Positions 10,386-18,216 of a stretch of 35,416 nt of DNA are shown one piece after another (position 1 is the first letter of the stretch; each line of letters begins with the position of its first letter). A program made the position numbers and the translations under genes. Under the pieces are notes generated by a model. That model had not been told where the DNA came from. It saw nothing but the letters and a program-made list of their open reading frames with translations, and did no database searches. Origin of the DNA: Myxococcota bacterium (GTDB lineage Bacteria; Myxococcota; JACRCW01); contig JBFMGU010000105.1 of the NCBI GenBank assembly GCA_040752415.1, forward strand, positions 1-35,416, given 5' to 3'.

Positions 10386-10788
10386 CGCTTTTTTCGACAC
10401 CAACGTGCTGCTCTACCTGCTGTCGGCCGATGTCGCGAAAGCCCAACGCGCCGAGGAGGTGTTGGCCGCCGGCGGCTTCATCAGTGTTCAGGTGTTGAAC
10501 GAGTTTGTTTCCGTGGCTCGACGGAAGGTGGGAATGACCATCCCGGAGATTCGCGAGTTCCTGACGACGATTCGTGCTGTATGCAGGGTGTGCCCGTTGG
10601 ATGTCGACACGCACGACCTCGGCATGGACATCTCGGAGCGCCACGGCTTCGCGCTCTATGACAGCCAGATCATCGCCTCGGCCAAGCTCGCGGGTTGCCG
10701 CACGGTCTTCAGCGAGGATCTCCAGGACGGCCAGACCGTCGCCGGCGTGAAGGTCAGCAACCCCTTCTCCCCGAAGGACAAGGGATGA
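10372..10788 (+). CDS. vapC: PIN-domain ribonuclease toxin (VapC-like)
   Basis: Motifs FFDTNVLLY, SVQVLNEF, YDSQIIASA and FSEDLQDG; start at ATG 10372. Confidence 0.9.
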   Translation: MSGGDAFFDTNVLLYLLSADVAKAQRAEEVLAAGGFISVQVLNEFVSVARRKVGMTIPEIREFLTTIRAVCRVCPLDVDTHDLGMDISERHGFALYDSQIIASAKLAGCRTVFSEDLQDGQTVAGVKVSNPFSPKDKG

Positions 10789-10789
10789 A

Positions 10790-11518
10790 TCAGCGCAGCG
10801 CGTAGACCACGTGCACGGTGCTGGTCACGGTGGACTCCCCGCCCTCAATGGGCACCGCCGCCGCGGCCTCCATCGCCATCATGCGCCCCTGCACCAGGGG
10901 ACGCGGCATGCCCACGTCGGGCTCCTCGATGCGCACCACCGACCCGCGCTGCACCCCGGCCAGCCGGGCCAGCTGGTCCGCCTTCCGGCGCGCGTCCAGC
11001 ATGGCCTTCTCCCGCGCCGCGTCGACGAGGGAGCGGGGGTCCGAGAATCCGAGCTGAATGCCGTGCACCTGGTTGCCGCCCGACTTCACCACCACGTCCA
11101 GCAACGGCCCCAACTTCTCGACGGGCTTGACGGTGACGGTCACCATGTTGACCACGCGGTAGCCGGTGATGCGCTGCTCGCCACCGCGCATCGGGTCGCT
11201 GTACGTCGGGTGGATGGTGAATTGCGTGGTCTGGATGTCCTTGGATTCGACCCCGCCGTCCTTCAGCGCCTTGAGCAGCGCGGTCATCTTCCGGTTGTTC
11301 TCGGCGAGCGCCGCGGCGGCGGTGGCGGCCTGGCTCTCGACGCCAAGCGAGATCACCGCCTGGTCCGGCATGGCACTGGCCTCACCGTGACCGGTAACCA
11401 TCACCACGCGTCCCTCGTCGACATTGGTGCGCGCGGGCGGGACCACGGCTTCCTGCTGCGCCAGGGCCACGGCTGGGAGGAAGAGGGAAAGGAGGACGGG
11501 AAGGGTCATTTCACGCAT
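10790..11518 (-). CDS. SIMPL (DUF541/YggE/BP26-like) periplasmic protein
   Basis: Signal peptide; VTGHGEASAMPDQA, DIQTTQFTIHP and AMLDARRKA motifs; GAGG before ATG 11518. Confidence 0.9.
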   Translation of the reverse strand: MREMTLPVLLSLFLPAVALAQQEAVVPPARTNVDEGRVVMVTGHGEASAMPDQAVISLGVESQAATAAAALAENNRKMTALLKALKDGGVESKDIQTTQFTIHPTYSDPMRGGEQRITGYRVVNMVTVTVKPVEKLGPLLDVVVKSGGNQVHGIQLGFSDPRSLVDAAREKAMLDARRKADQLARLAGVQRGSVVRIEEPDVGMPRPLVQGRMMAMEAAAAVPIEGGESTVTSTVHVVYALR

Positions 11519-11634
11519 GGCGGTTTCCTCGGTCAGGGTCCGCAACATACGACGACAGGCGCGAGCTTGGCCTTCACCCCTCGGCACCATGCTCAGAGGC
11601 ACGCGCTATAACGGGTTCTTGAGGAGGCCGCGTG

Positions 11635-12102
11635 ATGCTCCATCGTCGGGACTGGGTGATGCGCATGGTCAAGCAGCTGACCGACGCGTTGGCGCGCATC
11701 CTGGGCCTGCGCAAGGCCGGTCGCCACGACGAGGCGCTGGCGCTGATTGGTGACACGTTGCGGGAGGTGCTGGGCGAGGTGGTCGACGTGGCGGAGCGCG
11801 TGGACGAGAAGACGGCGGCCTCCCTGCTGGGTCACGCCGACGCCATTCGCGCGTATGCGCAGCTGCTGACCGAGCGCGCGGCGGTCCGCGAGGAGATGCA
11901 GGACGTCCCCGGCGCGGCCACCGACCGGATGCGCGCGCTCCGGATGCACCTGGCGGCGGTGGCGCAGACCGGGACGCGCGTGGATGCGGCCACCCACAAC
12001 GCCATCATGGAGCTGGCCAGGCGGGTGGACACCACGGAGCTCACGCCCGACCACCATGCCCTGCTGGAACGGGTGCGCGGCCACGCCAACGGGCCGCCGT
12101 AG
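11635..12102 (+). CDS. Hypothetical helical protein, DUF6483-like
   Basis: GAGGAGG RBS; N-terminal DWVMRMVKQLTDALARIL pattern. Confidence 0.6.
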   Translation: MLHRRDWVMRMVKQLTDALARILGLRKAGRHDEALALIGDTLREVLGEVVDVAERVDEKTAASLLGHADAIRAYAQLLTERAAVREEMQDVPGAATDRMRALRMHLAAVAQTGTRVDAATHNAIMELARRVDTTELTPDHHALLERVRGHANGPP

Positions 12103-12191
12103 GGCTCCCAAGCTGAACATTCCGCTGCGGTGAAGCGCAGTCGTCGGCACCCTTTGCATTCCATCCCGAGTGACATTACATCACCCAAGGA

Positions 12192-12472
12192 ATGGACGAG
12201 CCGCTTTCTCGCCCGGCCGCGCGGACGCTGATTCTGAGGATCCTGCTCAATGGGGAGGTCACATTCTCACCTCATTCGCTGGAGGAGATGGAAGACGATG
12301 AGCTTGAGCGGACGGACTGCTTGAACGTTCTGAGGGGTGGCGTTGTGGAGTTTGAAGAACTGGTCAATGGGACCTGGCGCTACCGGTTCGGACGTCGCGC
12401 ATCACCGTCGTGGTTGCATTTCGCTCCGAGGAGGAGCTGCGCGTTGTGACGGCGTGGAGGAACAAGCCATGA
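12192..12472 (+). pseudogene. DUF4258-like toxin, frameshifted near 12385 (or a sequencing error)
   Basis: FSPHSLEEM and DCLNVLRGG motifs. Adding one G at CGGTT restores YRVRTSRITVVVAFRSEEELRVVTAWRNKP*, whose stop overlaps the antitoxin ATG (ATGA). Confidence 0.8.
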
Positions 12473-12945
12473 AGTGTATCCAGTGCGGGACCGAGATGGC
12501 CGAGACCCGAGGGGACCACAAGTACCGGGAGCTGCCCGGCCTTCTCCTGCGGGGCGTGCGTTTCCGCCACTGCCCCAATTGTGGGGAGGAAGAGGTCAGC
12601 ATCCCACGGATTGAGCGCCTGCACCGCGCTGTCGCGCTTGCCCTAGCAGCCAAGCCTGAACGACTGACGAACAACGAGATCCGGTTCCTTCGCAAGCACC
12701 TTGGATGGTCCCGCGATGACTGCGCCGGCATCATGGACGTTGTGCCGGAGACGGTGAGCCGATGGGAAAATGGGCGCATACCCATGTCTCGCATGGCCGA
12801 GCGCTTCCTTCGGCTCGCCGTGATTCGGTTGGAGCCCGTGAGCGACTACCCAAGCGAGCGCCTGCGGGATGTGGCCACGCGCAAGGCGCGCCCCCTCAAG
12901 GCTGTCATGGAACCAACCGGGGACGGCTGGCAGGCGGTTGCGTGA
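12469..12945 (+). CDS. MqsA-family antitoxin (YgiT-type zinc finger plus XRE HTH)
   Basis: MKCIQCG and CPNCGE zinc ligands; HTH EIRFLRKHLGWS...TVSRWENG; GGAGG RBS before ATG 12469. Confidence 0.88.
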   Translation: MKCIQCGTEMAETRGDHKYRELPGLLLRGVRFRHCPNCGEEEVSIPRIERLHRAVALALAAKPERLTNNEIRFLRKHLGWSRDDCAGIMDVVPETVSRWENGRIPMSRMAERFLRLAVIRLEPVSDYPSERLRDVATRKARPLKAVMEPTGDGWQAVA

Positions 12946-13086
12946 TCGCGCGTTCCACAACCAACCGACTCATGAGTTGGGTTGAGCTCGCAGCGACGAG
13001 AGCTTCGTTCCCCATGGGCTCCCCAAATCCAGAGCCCGACTCGCACGTGTTGACAGCGCACAAGCGCTCGCGTTCCAGTGCGTGGC

Positions 13087-14082
13087 ATGGGGGATTCTCA
13101 ACGTTCCGCTCCGCCGCGCTCCGCGGTGCTGCCCAAGTCGGCCCCACGTGAAGATGCCGACGCCACCATGGTGGTCGGTCATGACACCGTGAAGCCCGCG
13201 CCCGCGCCCGCGCCCGGTGAGGCCACCGTGCTGGTCTCTGGTGACGACGTGGCGGACCTGCGCGCCCAGCTTCGCGCCGAGGAGAGACCCGCGTTCGGGC
13301 GCCCGCCCACGGTGAGCTCCCCCAAGCTGCGGCCCCTTCCCGCGGTGGCCCCCAGCGCGCCGCCCGCCGCCGAGCCCGCGCCGCCACCGGCCAAACCCGT
13401 CGTCACCGCGGCGCCCGCCCCGCCTGCTCCGTCGCCTGCTCCCGCCAGGCCCGCGCCGCCGCCTCCCGCGCCCGTGGCAACGCCGCTCTCCGCCAAGTCG
13501 CCCTTCTCGTTGTTCGCGGCGTCGGCGGCGCCGGTTCCCACGCCCGAGGAGGCGCCGGCGCAGGTGGCCCGCACCGCAGTGGCGCAGCGTGGCTTCCTCC
13601 TCGGTGAGAAGTTCGCCCAGCGGTTGGGTGCGCGCCGCTTCGGAGGGGACGTGCCGCGCCAGGCGCGCATCCTGGGCACCGAGGTGCTCAGCACTTCCGG
13701 CGGCAAACAGGCACGGGAGCCCATTGCGCTCGTTCCCGTCGACAACGGGCCCGGCGCCAACGTGGTGTGCGGGTTTGTGGACCTGGCGGCGTTCCGCGCG
13801 GAGGTCCGCTCGCATGCCACGTTGGAGCGCATGCACCTCACGCGCACCGGGATGACGCTGACGCTTCCCAAGGCGGAGTACGAGCAGTTCCTCGACGAGC
13901 TGCGCGCGTTTCTCGCCGAGGAGGGACTGGATCTGCACCTGGCCTCCGACGAGGCGCACGCCGAGACGCCCCGCCCCACCACCCCGGTGCCCGCGGGACG
14001 CAGCAGCCCGATGAAGTACGTGGCCGCGGGAATTGCGGTGGCCGCGGTGCTGCTGAGCGTGGTGCTGCTGTTGGCGCGCTGA
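13087..14082 (+). CDS. Hypothetical tail-anchored protein with a Pro/Ala-rich N-terminal half
   Basis: GC3-rich ORF with a low-complexity linker, a central globular segment and a C-terminal hydrophobic helix. Confidence 0.7.
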   Translation: MGDSQRSAPPRSAVLPKSAPREDADATMVVGHDTVKPAPAPAPGEATVLVSGDDVADLRAQLRAEERPAFGRPPTVSSPKLRPLPAVAPSAPPAAEPAPPPAKPVVTAAPAPPAPSPAPARPAPPPPAPVATPLSAKSPFSLFAASAAPVPTPEEAPAQVARTAVAQRGFLLGEKFAQRLGARRFGGDVPRQARILGTEVLSTSGGKQAREPIALVPVDNGPGANVVCGFVDLAAFRAEVRSHATLERMHLTRTGMTLTLPKAEYEQFLDELRAFLAEEGLDLHLASDEAHAETPRPTTPVPAGRSSPMKYVAAGIAVAAVLLSVVLLLAR

Positions 14083-14191
14083 GCCTCCTCCCGACGAGCG
14101 TGATACCCGTCCCGGATCCCGCACTTTTTCCTCCGCCCCACATGTGGCGCGCGCCTCCCGTCGATATGGATGATCCGGGAGGTTCCGTCGC

Positions 14192-14731
14192 ATGCCCGCC
14201 GTTTCCCGGAAGCTCACGTTGATCGCCGCGCTGGTGTGGCTGGTGCCGGTACCCCTGTGGTCGCGCGCTCCCCTGCGCACCTGCGCCGACCGGGCCCGCT
14301 GCCGGGTGGACGTGGGAGATGACCTGCGGCTCTCCACGCGCTGGACGCACGCGCACCACTGGCGGGACCTGGACACGCTGCACCTCCGCCTGGTCGACGA
14401 CGACGGAGCGGTGCTTGCCTGGGTCCGCTACACCGAGGCCAGCAACGAGCTGGCGCTGTGCCGCGCGGAGGCCGACTGCGACCGGGGCGTCCGCGTGGGC
14501 TCCCCGGTGATGCTGGAATCCGGCCCGTGGGCGGTGCTGGACGTGGGCCAGAGCCGGGTGCAGGGCAGCGGACCGGAGGGCTCCTCCGTCGACGTCACGC
14601 TGGTGTTCCGCTTCAAACCGGACGCGGGCGGCGGAACCTACCGCATGGAGACGCTGGCCGTTGACGACGAGGGCACACACCACCTGCCGATGAGCCGCGG
14701 CAGCCTCACCGTCACCCCGCGCGGGACGTGA
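14192..14731 (+). CDS. Hypothetical secreted beta-rich protein
   Basis: GGAGG RBS; signal-peptide-like N-terminus; alternating beta-strand pattern. Confidence 0.65.
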   Translation: MPAVSRKLTLIAALVWLVPVPLWSRAPLRTCADRARCRVDVGDDLRLSTRWTHAHHWRDLDTLHLRLVDDDGAVLAWVRYTEASNELALCRAEADCDRGVRVGSPVMLESGPWAVLDVGQSRVQGSGPEGSSVDVTLVFRFKPDAGGGTYRMETLAVDDEGTHHLPMSRGSLTVTPRGT

Positions 14732-15016
14732 GCGCGCTCATCCCAACACCATCTCGTCATCGTCCACCTCCGCCACGGTGCTGCGCTCAGGGCGTCCCCG
14801 GCTGGCGGGCACCCTGCGTTACCCCACATGGACCGGGCAACATCCGTGCGGCCAGCGCGTTGACACTGCGGTGCACTGCGTCGGTGCGCGCACGCCCTCG
14901 GAGGACGCCACGCCACGCGGAGGGAGCTCCACCCGACGTCCGTCGCCACAACCGCTTGCTGGCCCTGGGCTTGGCCTCTAGGCTGCGCCGCCCCTGAGAC
15001 CGCTGGACACCCTCGC

Positions 15017-17326
15017 GTGCTGCTGACCGCTGTTTCACTCTCGTTGGCCCTGTTGTTGACGCAGCAGGCCCCCACCGACCCCTCCACGGCGACGGGGACG
15101 GAAGGATCCACGGCGGAGCCCAGCGCGCCGCCGGAACAGCCGCCGCCGCAACCCCAGCAGCCCACCTCCACCGGCATCCCGCTCATTGACCGCCTGCTTC
15201 AGAAGCTTCCGCAGGAGCCTCCCCCGTCGGGACCGCCACTGCAGCCGGGGCAGCCGCGCCCGCTGCTGGGCGTCCAGTTCGAGCTGGAGGACTTCCTCAA
15301 CGCCGGCTACTTCCGCGACGAGACGCTGCGCAGCTTTGTGCGTCACCCGGTGGGCGTGACGGTGGACCCGGCCATCCTGGATGACGACGCGCGCTACATC
15401 GCCCAGCAGTACCGGGACCGCGGGTTCCTCAAGGCGCGCGTGCGTTGGTCCCTGGACCAGACGCCCAGCGGCGACATCGCGGTCTTCTCCATCTACGCCG
15501 GCACCCGCGCGCAGCTCCGCACCATCGAGGTGGTAGGCAACCGCGGCGTCACCGACGAGCAGCTCCTCACCGGCCTGTTCCACCGCCCCACCGCGCTCTT
15601 CGCGCTGACGGACCGCGGCGGCGTCTACCACGCGGGCTACCTGCCGCAGGACATGCAGACCATCGCCAAGAACTACGCGGACCACGGGTACCTGGGCGCG
15701 CAGGTGAAGGGTGCGCGCGCGTACAGCAACCCGGAGGGCAACGGCATCGTCCTGCGCTTCGACGCCGAGGACGGCCCGCTCTACCACGTGGGCACGCTGG
15801 TCCTGGTGGGCGACCTGCCGCTGCCGCCCGAGGGCTCCATGCGCGTGCTCGGCGTGGGACCCGGCAGTCCGGCGGAGATGGCGCGGGTCAACGCCGGGGT
15901 GGAGCGCCTGTTGGACCTGTGGCGCAACGAGGGGCACGCCGCGGCGCGCGCGGTGCAGAGCCAGCGCCTGCACGAGAAGGATGCGCGCGTGGACCTGCTC
16001 ATCCGCCTGGAGAAGGGCCCGGTGGCGCGCGTGGGTGAAGTCCGCATCAGCGGCAACACCTTCACCGCCAACCACGTGGTCCGACGAGACCTGGCGGTGC
16101 GGGAGGGCGCCATCTACTCGCTGCGCGGCCTGCGCAAGAGCGAGGAGCGCCTGCTCTACACCGGTCTGTTCCAGAAGGTGACCCTCAAGCCGGTGCTCAC
16201 CGCCGACCCCGCCGTCGTCGACATCGAGGTGGAGCTGGTGGAGCAGCAGAGCTGGTACTTCTCCATCGCGCCCAGCTGGTTCCCCGGAGAGGGTCTCATT
16301 GGCGTGGGCCTGTTGGGCTTCTCCAACTTCCTGGGCCAGGGCTGGCGTGTGAATGCGCAGGGCCTGGTCTCGCTCCGTCGTCAGACCGGGCGCGTGGACT
16401 TCGAGGATCCGCGCCTGCTGGACACGCTGCTGAGCTTTGGCGGCAACGTGCACCGCGACCGCTACGTCTATCCCTCCTACGCGCTGACGCGCACCGGTGC
16501 CGCGGTGGCATTGGGCTACCCGCTCATCGAGCGGCTGCGTCTCTCCAGCGGCTACGGCATGGAACGTGTGGACATGGAGGCCATTGGACCGGTGGCGCCG
16601 TACGCGGGCGCGCCGGGGTTCCCCAGTGGCCAGCGTCGTGGCGTGGTGCACTTCGAGGCGGTGTTCGACCAGCGCGACAACATCCTGTTCCCCTCCCGCG
16701 GCTTCTATGTGGCCTCGCGCATGGACTACGGCGGGCCGCTGGCGCTGGGGGAGTACAGCTTTGTGACGTTGAGCGGGAATTTCCGTTTCTACATTCCGCT
16801 GCCCTTCGGCTTCGTGGTGAAGGACAACGTGGCGGGTGCGTTCACGGTCAATCCCGGCGGCGGACCGGTGCCGGTGACGGAGCGTTTCTACGAGGGCGGC
16901 CCCATCCAGACGGTGCGCGGTTACAACTTCCAGTCCATCAGCCCCTACACGGAGCTGGGCGACCCCTACGACCCCGCCGGCCCGAAGATCAGCGCGCCGC
17001 TCGGCGGTGTCTCGCGCTTTGTGAACAACCTGGAGGTGGAGACGCCGCCCATCCCGGTGATGCCCATTGTCCCGGTGAAGCTGTTTGCGTTCATGGACGC
17101 GGGCAACACCTGGAGCGAGAAGGAGCGGCCGTTCTTCTTCCCCAACATGGTGCTCCCCAAGCGCGAGGGTGTGGACCTGCCCCTGGGGCTCTTCTACAGC
17201 GTGGGGGTCGGCATGATGGTGGTGAGCCCGCTCTTCCCGTTGCGCTTCGAGTTCAGCGTGCCGCTCACGCGTCGTCCGCAGGATGAGCCGCTGAACTTCT
17301 TCCTGAGCGCCGGCAGCCCGTTCTGA
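15017..17326 (+). CDS. Omp85/BamA-TamA family outer-membrane protein (POTRA repeats plus beta-barrel), probable paralogue
   Basis: POTRA-type motifs (IEVVGN, VRISGNTFTANHVVRRDL, TGLFQKV); DQRDN...PSRG; RFYEGG...VRGY loop; FMDAGN; C-terminal Phe. Confidence 0.9.
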   Translation: MLLTAVSLSLALLLTQQAPTDPSTATGTEGSTAEPSAPPEQPPPQPQQPTSTGIPLIDRLLQKLPQEPPPSGPPLQPGQPRPLLGVQFELEDFLNAGYFRDETLRSFVRHPVGVTVDPAILDDDARYIAQQYRDRGFLKARVRWSLDQTPSGDIAVFSIYAGTRAQLRTIEVVGNRGVTDEQLLTGLFHRPTALFALTDRGGVYHAGYLPQDMQTIAKNYADHGYLGAQVKGARAYSNPEGNGIVLRFDAEDGPLYHVGTLVLVGDLPLPPEGSMRVLGVGPGSPAEMARVNAGVERLLDLWRNEGHAAARAVQSQRLHEKDARVDLLIRLEKGPVARVGEVRISGNTFTANHVVRRDLAVREGAIYSLRGLRKSEERLLYTGLFQKVTLKPVLTADPAVVDIEVELVEQQSWYFSIAPSWFPGEGLIGVGLLGFSNFLGQGWRVNAQGLVSLRRQTGRVDFEDPRLLDTLLSFGGNVHRDRYVYPSYALTRTGAAVALGYPLIERLRLSSGYGMERVDMEAIGPVAPYAGAPGFPSGQRRGVVHFEAVFDQRDNILFPSRGFYVASRMDYGGPLALGEYSFVTLSGNFRFYIPLPFGFVVKDNVAGAFTVNPGGGPVPVTERFYEGGPIQTVRGYNFQSISPYTELGDPYDPAGPKISAPLGGVSRFVNNLEVETPPIPVMPIVPVKLFAFMDAGNTWSEKERPFFFPNMVLPKREGVDLPLGLFYSVGVGMMVVSPLFPLRFEFSVPLTRRPQDEPLNFFLSAGSPF

Positions 17327-17444
17327 AGGTCTCTCGCGGCATTCCAGGAAGTCTTGGGTTGTCGGGGAATCCCAAAGAAGAAAGTCAGAATCATGGGCCG
17401 TCGGAGAATCCCCAAAGTGGGTCATGGCTCCGCCCCTGGAAAAT

Positions 17445-17683
17445 GCAGCGGCGCCGAGCGCGTCAAAAAAGGGGTGAGCGGAACAGCAACGCCAGGCGCG
17501 TCACGAAGGGGGTGAGCGGAGCAGCGGCGCCAGGCGCGTCACGAAGGGGGTGAGCGGAGCAGCGGCGCCAGGCGCGTCACGAAGTGGGTGAGCGGAGCAG
17601 CGGCGCCAGGCGCGTCACGAAGTGGGTGAGCGGAGCAGCGGCGCCAGGCGCGTCACGAAGTGGGTGAGCGGAGCAGCGGCGCC
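17445..17683 (+). repeat. Tandem array of 6 x 38 bp plus an 11-bp partial unit (GCAGCGGCGCCAGGCGCGTCACGAAGTGGGTGAGCGGA)
   Basis: Units start at 17445, 17483, 17521, 17559, 17597 and 17635. Units 4-6 are identical, and units 3, 2 and 1 diverge progressively. There are no spacers. Confidence 0.95.
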
Positions 17684-17884
17684 CTGGAGTGCGGTGCGAA
17701 CCGAGCGAGCGGTCGACGACGTGAAGCACCGCCCTGGATGGGGTCCATCGTCCAACCAGGTCGGCCATGGGAGCGCCGTGGCCCGGAGAACTGGGCGACG
17801 TCCGCGCCGTCGGGGCGGCCCGATCCAGGGCGGTGCTTCACGTCGTCGACCGCTCGCTCGGTTCGCACCGCACTCCAGGGCGCC
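17678..17884. repeat. Perfect 62-bp inverted repeat with an 83-nt loop
   Basis: 17678-17739 is the exact reverse complement of 17823-17884. Imperfect similarity continues to about 17936 and includes one inverted 38-bp-like unit. Confidence 0.95.
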
Positions 17885-18034
17885 ACTGCTTCCGCCCACC
17901 CGCTTCGTGACACGCCTGGCACCGCCGCATTTCAGGTGCAGGCTCACCCGCCGCAGCAATCAGCGCAGGACCACACTCTCCGTTGTGACGCCCTTGTCGG
18001 AATTCTCCGACGCCCCTTGAGAAGTCGGAATGCA

Positions 18035-18189
18035 GAAGGTGGTCCCGTGACGACGACAGGCAAGCACCTTCTGACTTCTGACTTCTGACTCCTGACTTCC
18101 TTCTCCTGGCAACGTCCGACAGACCTTCAGGAGTCAGAACGCAGAAGTCCGAAGGTGCGCGACCATTGGCGTCGTGGGACCACACTTCT
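18035..18189. repeat. Heptamer-repeat (CTTCTGA) hairpin element
   Basis: 18064-18095 pairs with 18127-18158 at 29/32. Outer arms AGAAGGTGGTCCC and GGGACCACACTTCT also pair. Confidence 0.8.
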
Positions 18190-18216
18190 GGCTTCCTGTG
18201 GCAACCTCGAAACCGC

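Larger units (their letters stand above)
17391..18020. mobile_element. Putative MITE-like non-autonomous element (630 bp)
   Basis: Terminal inverted repeats match at 17/19 (TCATGGGCCGTCGGAGAAT versus reverse complement TCAAGGGGCGTCGGAGAAT). GAA flanks both sides, and no credible ORF lies inside. Confidence 0.5.

Noticed and set aside
13050..13055. TTGACA -35 box as a sigma70 promoter (another near 14860)
   Set aside because: No convincing -10 element at 16-18 bp spacing.
14732..15016. ncRNA or small ORF in the gap upstream of the Omp85 gene
   Set aside because: No recognisable RNA motif, and the candidate ORFs lack coding-like composition.
15035..17425. 796-aa antisense ORF, and similar long shadow ORFs (3860-5476, 21503-23275, 25038-26771, 27716-29143)
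   Set aside because: They lie opposite well-supported genes and are expected in high-GC3 DNA.
17445..17683. CRISPR array
   Set aside because: The 38-bp units are head-to-tail with no unique spacers, and there are no cas genes in the window.
17359..18185. Short ORFs across the repeat region
   Set aside because: They are translations of tandem and inverted repeats on both strands, with no RBS or domain signal.
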